From Chiloscyllium plagiosum (Eukaryota): DNA of 64,000 bases. Positions within the stretch are counted from its first letter, which is position 1; every line of letters starts with the position of its first letter. The stretch is from positions 18,601,887 through 18,665,886 of the forward strand of contig NC_057720.1 in NCBI RefSeq assembly GCF_004010195.1, in the 5' to 3' direction. Shown in pieces: positions 60,665 to 64,000 of this stretch. A program made the translations under genes and the position numbers. A model generated the notes under the pieces. The model saw only the letters and a program-made list of their open reading frames with translations. It searched no databases and was not told the origin of the DNA.

Positions 60665-62175
60665 AAGTTATACAGCACGGGAACAGACCCTTCCATCAAC
60701 TCACCCATGCCACTGACCAGACATCCCAATCTAACCTATTCCCATTTGCCAGCATTTGGCCCATATCCCTCTTAAGCCCTTCCGATTCATATACCCATCC
60801 AGATGCCTTTTAACTGTTGTAATTGCCTCCATCACTTTGTCTGGCAGCTCGTTCCAGACAAGTGTCACCCTCTGCGTGAAAAAGTTGTCCCTCGGTTCCT
60901 TTTTAAATTTTTCACTTCTCACCATAAACTTATGTTCTCTAGTTTTGAACTCACTCACCCAGGAAAAAGACTTGGCTATTGAAACTATCTATGCCCCTCA
61001 TGATTTTATAAACGTCTATAAAGTCATTCCTAAGCCTCAGTCTGTTCAGCCTTTCTCTGTAGCTCAAATCCTCCAGTCCCAGCAACATCCTTGCAAATCA
61101 TTTCTGCACCCTTTCAAGTTTAACAACATCCTTCCTCTCGTAGCGCATCCAGAATTGTATACGGTATTCCAAATATGGCCTCACCAGTGTCCTGCACATC
61201 AGCACCATGACATCCCAATTCCTATACTCAGTGTGGCGAAAGTGAATTCTGCAGATGCTGGAGATTAGAGTCAAGAGTGTGGTGCTGAAAAGGTACAGCA
61301 GCTCAGGCAGCATCCAAGGAGCAGGAAAATCAATGTTTCGGGCAAAAGCCCTTCATCAGGAATGAGGCTGGGAACCTTGGGGTTGGAGAGATAAATGGGA
61401 GGGGTTTGGACTGGGGAAGGTAATTGAGACAGGCTACTGCAGAAATTGCAAAACCTGCGCCGACATCCCCTCCTTCACCTCCATCCAAGGACCCAAAGGA
61501 GCCTTCCACATCCATCAAAGTTTCACCTGCACTTCCACACATGTAATTTACTGTATCTGTTGCTCCTGGTGCAGTCTCCTCTACGTTGAGGAAACAGGAC
61601 ACCTACTCGCAGAGCGCTTCAGAGAACATGTCCGGGACATCCACACCAATCAACCCCACCGCCCCGTGGCCGAACATTTTAACTACCCCTCCCACTCTGC
61701 CGAGGACATGAAGGTCCTGGGCTTCCTCCATTGCCACTCCCATATTACCCGACACCTGGAGGAAGAACGCCTCATCTTCCGCCTCGGGATCCTCCAACCC
61801 CTGGCATCACTGTGGATTTCGCCAGTTTCCTCATTTCCCCTCCCCTCAACCTACCCCAATTCCAACCTTCCAGCTCAGCACCATCCTCATGGTCTGTCCC
61901 ATCTGTCCATCTTCCTTCCTGCCTATTGGCTCCACCCTTCCCTCAGACCTATCACCTTTGCCCCCACCTCCATCCACCTATTGCACTCTCAGCTACCTTC
62001 TCCCCAGCCCCATTCCTGATAAAGGGCTTTTTCCCAAAACGTTGATTTTCCTGCTCCCCGAATGCTACCTGACCTGCTGTGCCTTTGCAGCACCACACTC
62101 TTGACTCCTATACTCAATGCACTGACCAATACAGGCAAGTTTGCCAAACACCACCTTCACTACCTTGTCTACCTT
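60665..62175 (-). mobile_element. CR1 LINE 3' end split by a PLE
   Basis: RTLVRPYLEYRIQFW; FFTQRVTLVWNELP. Confidence 0.85.
61234..62105 (+). mobile_element. PLE family A: inverted pLTR, GIY-YIG remnant and pLTR
   Basis: VIYCICCSWCSLLYVEETGHLLAERFREHVRD...VAEHFN...EEERLIFRLG.LQP; TSD tcctatactca(g/a)tg at 61220-61233 and 62106-62119; HHR remnants at 61328-61363 (-) and 62012-62047 (+). Confidence 0.88.
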
Positions 62176-62268
62176 TGTGATATTTTACATGAAAGCAATT
62201 TTATTCTTTATGCATAATCTAAATGGCACACGTTTTGTTTTGGTTCCACTATATTAAAGGTTGTTTTC

Positions 62269-62592
62269 TGCGGCACGGTGGCTCAGTGGTTAGCACTGCT
62301 GCCTCACAGCGCCAGGGACCAGGGTTCAATTCCAGCCTCGGGTGACTGTCTGTGTGGAGTTTGCACATTCTCCCAGTGTCTGCGTGGGTTTCCTCCGGGT
62401 ACTCCCGGTTTCCTCCCACAATCCAAAGATGTGCAGGTCAGGTGAATTGGCCATGCTAAATTGCCCATAGTGATAGATGCATTAGTAGGGAGTAGGGGAA
62501 TGGATCTGGGTTGGTGACTCTTCGGAGAGTCTGTGTGGACTTGTTGGGCTGAAGGGCCTGTTTCCACACTGTAGGGAATCTAATCTAATCTA
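62269..62592 (+). mobile_element. HE1-type tRNA SINE, essentially full length
   Basis: gcggcacggTGGCTCAGTGGttagcac (A box) ... GGTTCAATTCC (B box); tail aatctaatctaatct. Confidence 0.9.
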
Positions 62593-62609
62593 AATATAAA
62601 TGAGACAGA

Positions 62610-63875
62610 CCATATTGTTGAAGAGGAGAGTATGAAACAGACTGGTAAGCTAGAGGAGATACTTGTTAGGAAGGAAGATGTGTTGGACATTTTGAAAAAC
62701 TTGAGGATAGACAAGTCCCCAGGGCCTGACGGGATATATCCTAGGATTATGTGGGAAGCAAGAGAGGAAATTGCAGAGCCGTTGGCAATGATCTTTTCGT
62801 CTTCACTGTCAACAGGGGTGGTACCAGGGGACTGGAGAATGGCGAATGATGAGACCATTGCATACCCGGAGTCATTTAAAAGGAACAGGAAGCTGTGTCT
62901 CAGCTTTTCAAGTCACTAGCATGGCATCAGGAAGGTGTCAGAGATGCTCCAACATCACAAACAAATGAAGCAGGGATTTACCAGAGAGACTGCTCCAAAG
63001 TGAACCATCTGGCTTAATTATTCATCATACATACGTGTTACTTTAACATGGTTTTCTGGCAGGCGAATGAAGCCAACTTTTTTAGCCATTCTCAAAGTTG
63101 TCTTCCATTTCCCAGAAAGCTAACCCTTGGTCAGCATTGAGGTCGGAATCTTGTTTTGATTGACTAACTGTTTCAAAATGAAGGTATTGTGGGTGCTGAC
63201 AGGATTGTGTATAAAGTGGCATTCAATGCAGTGTTACTCAGTAACTGTGCATTAAAGTGTTCAGAGTTCATTCAGAGCCTGTACCTCTTTGTCAATCGAC
63301 ATGGAGCTCTGCATTAGCAGAGGGATTGAATTCAAGAGTCGTGAGGTGATGTTGCAGCTGTACAGGACCTTGGTAAGGCCACATTTGGAGTACTGTGTGC
63401 AGTTCTGGTCGCCTCATTTTAGGAGAGATGTGGAAGCTTTGAAGAGGGTGCAGAGGAGATTTACCAGGATGTTGTCTGGAATGGAGAATAGGTCGTACGA
63501 GGATAGATTGAGAGTGCTCGGCCTTTTCTCATTGGAACGGCGAAGGATGAGGGGTGACTTGATAGAGGTTTATAAGATGATCAGGGGAATAGATAGATAG
63601 AGACTTTTCCCCCGGGTGCAACGGAGTGTTACAAGGGGACATAAATTTAAGGTGAAGGGTGGAAGGTATGGAGGGATGTCAGGGGTAGGTTCTTTTCCCA
63701 GAGAGTGGTGGGGGCATGGAATGCGCTGCCTGTGGGAGCGGCAGAGTCAGAAATATTGGTGACCTATAAGCGGCAATTGGATAGGTACATGGATAGGTGC
63801 TTAAGTTAGGACAAATGTTCAGCACAACATCGTGGGCCGAAGGGCCTGTTCTGTGCTGTATTATTCCATGTTCTA
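62610..63875 (+). mobile_element. CR1 ORF2 pieces (62610-62850 and 63310-63875 with 3' end)
   Basis: IDKSPGPDGIYPRI.WEAREEIAEPL; LYRTLVRPHLEYCVQFWSPH...RGDLIEVYK. Confidence 0.88.
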
Positions 63876-64000
63876 AATGTTTAAATCACATACAATTTAA
63901 TGAACAACTGGGAATCACATCAAATCTTATTTTAAAAAGTAAATCGCTAACTTGTCACTTCTCAGTGGATGATGTTTCCCATCTGTGGGAAGAGAGAAGA

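Noticed and set aside
62269..62345. tRNA gene (A and B boxes; also 5460-5535 and 42670-42732)
   Set aside because: No acceptor stem or cloverleaf closure; continues into the HE1 SINE body and tail.
1..64000. Prokaryotic systems (operons, defence islands, retrons, group II introns)
   Set aside because: All RT and nuclease motifs belong to eukaryotic CR1, PLE, Gypsy or RTE elements; spliceosomal exon-intron structure is evident.

Overview
Vertebrate genomic DNA, almost certainly from an elasmobranch (shark/ray), because it carries HE1-type tRNA SINEs with CR1/HER1-type LINEs. The window lies inside one + strand gene. Ten internal coding exons (12478-55886, 1465 nt, GT-AG flanked, phases consistent) splice into an uninterrupted coiled-coil protein that matches my recollection of the central part of CCDC18. 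The introns are filled with nested, mostly dead retroelements: CR1 LINEs, an older LINE family with its partner SINE, a shattered Gypsy element, HE1 SINEs, a Tigger-like MITE and many Penelope-like elements (PLE). The most striking hidden structure is a set of more than 20 minimal type-I hammerhead ribozyme (HHR) motifs (CUGAnGA-stemII-GAAA-palindrome-UH) from at least four PLE families. Many sit in tiny (70-260 bp) insertions with 9-15 bp target-site duplications (TSDs). Several of these are near-perfect head-to-head palindromes carrying one ribozyme on each strand, and their breakpoints cluster just 5' of the ribozyme core. HHRs in PLEs are known. The fixed breakpoint, the self-masking hairpin geometry in the host pre-mRNA, the orientation bias and the CpG-driven knock-out of the catalytic core are my observations or inferences. 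Repeat boundaries were read by eye and are approximate unless a TSD is given. Two N-gaps are present (6005-6084, 58771-59045).
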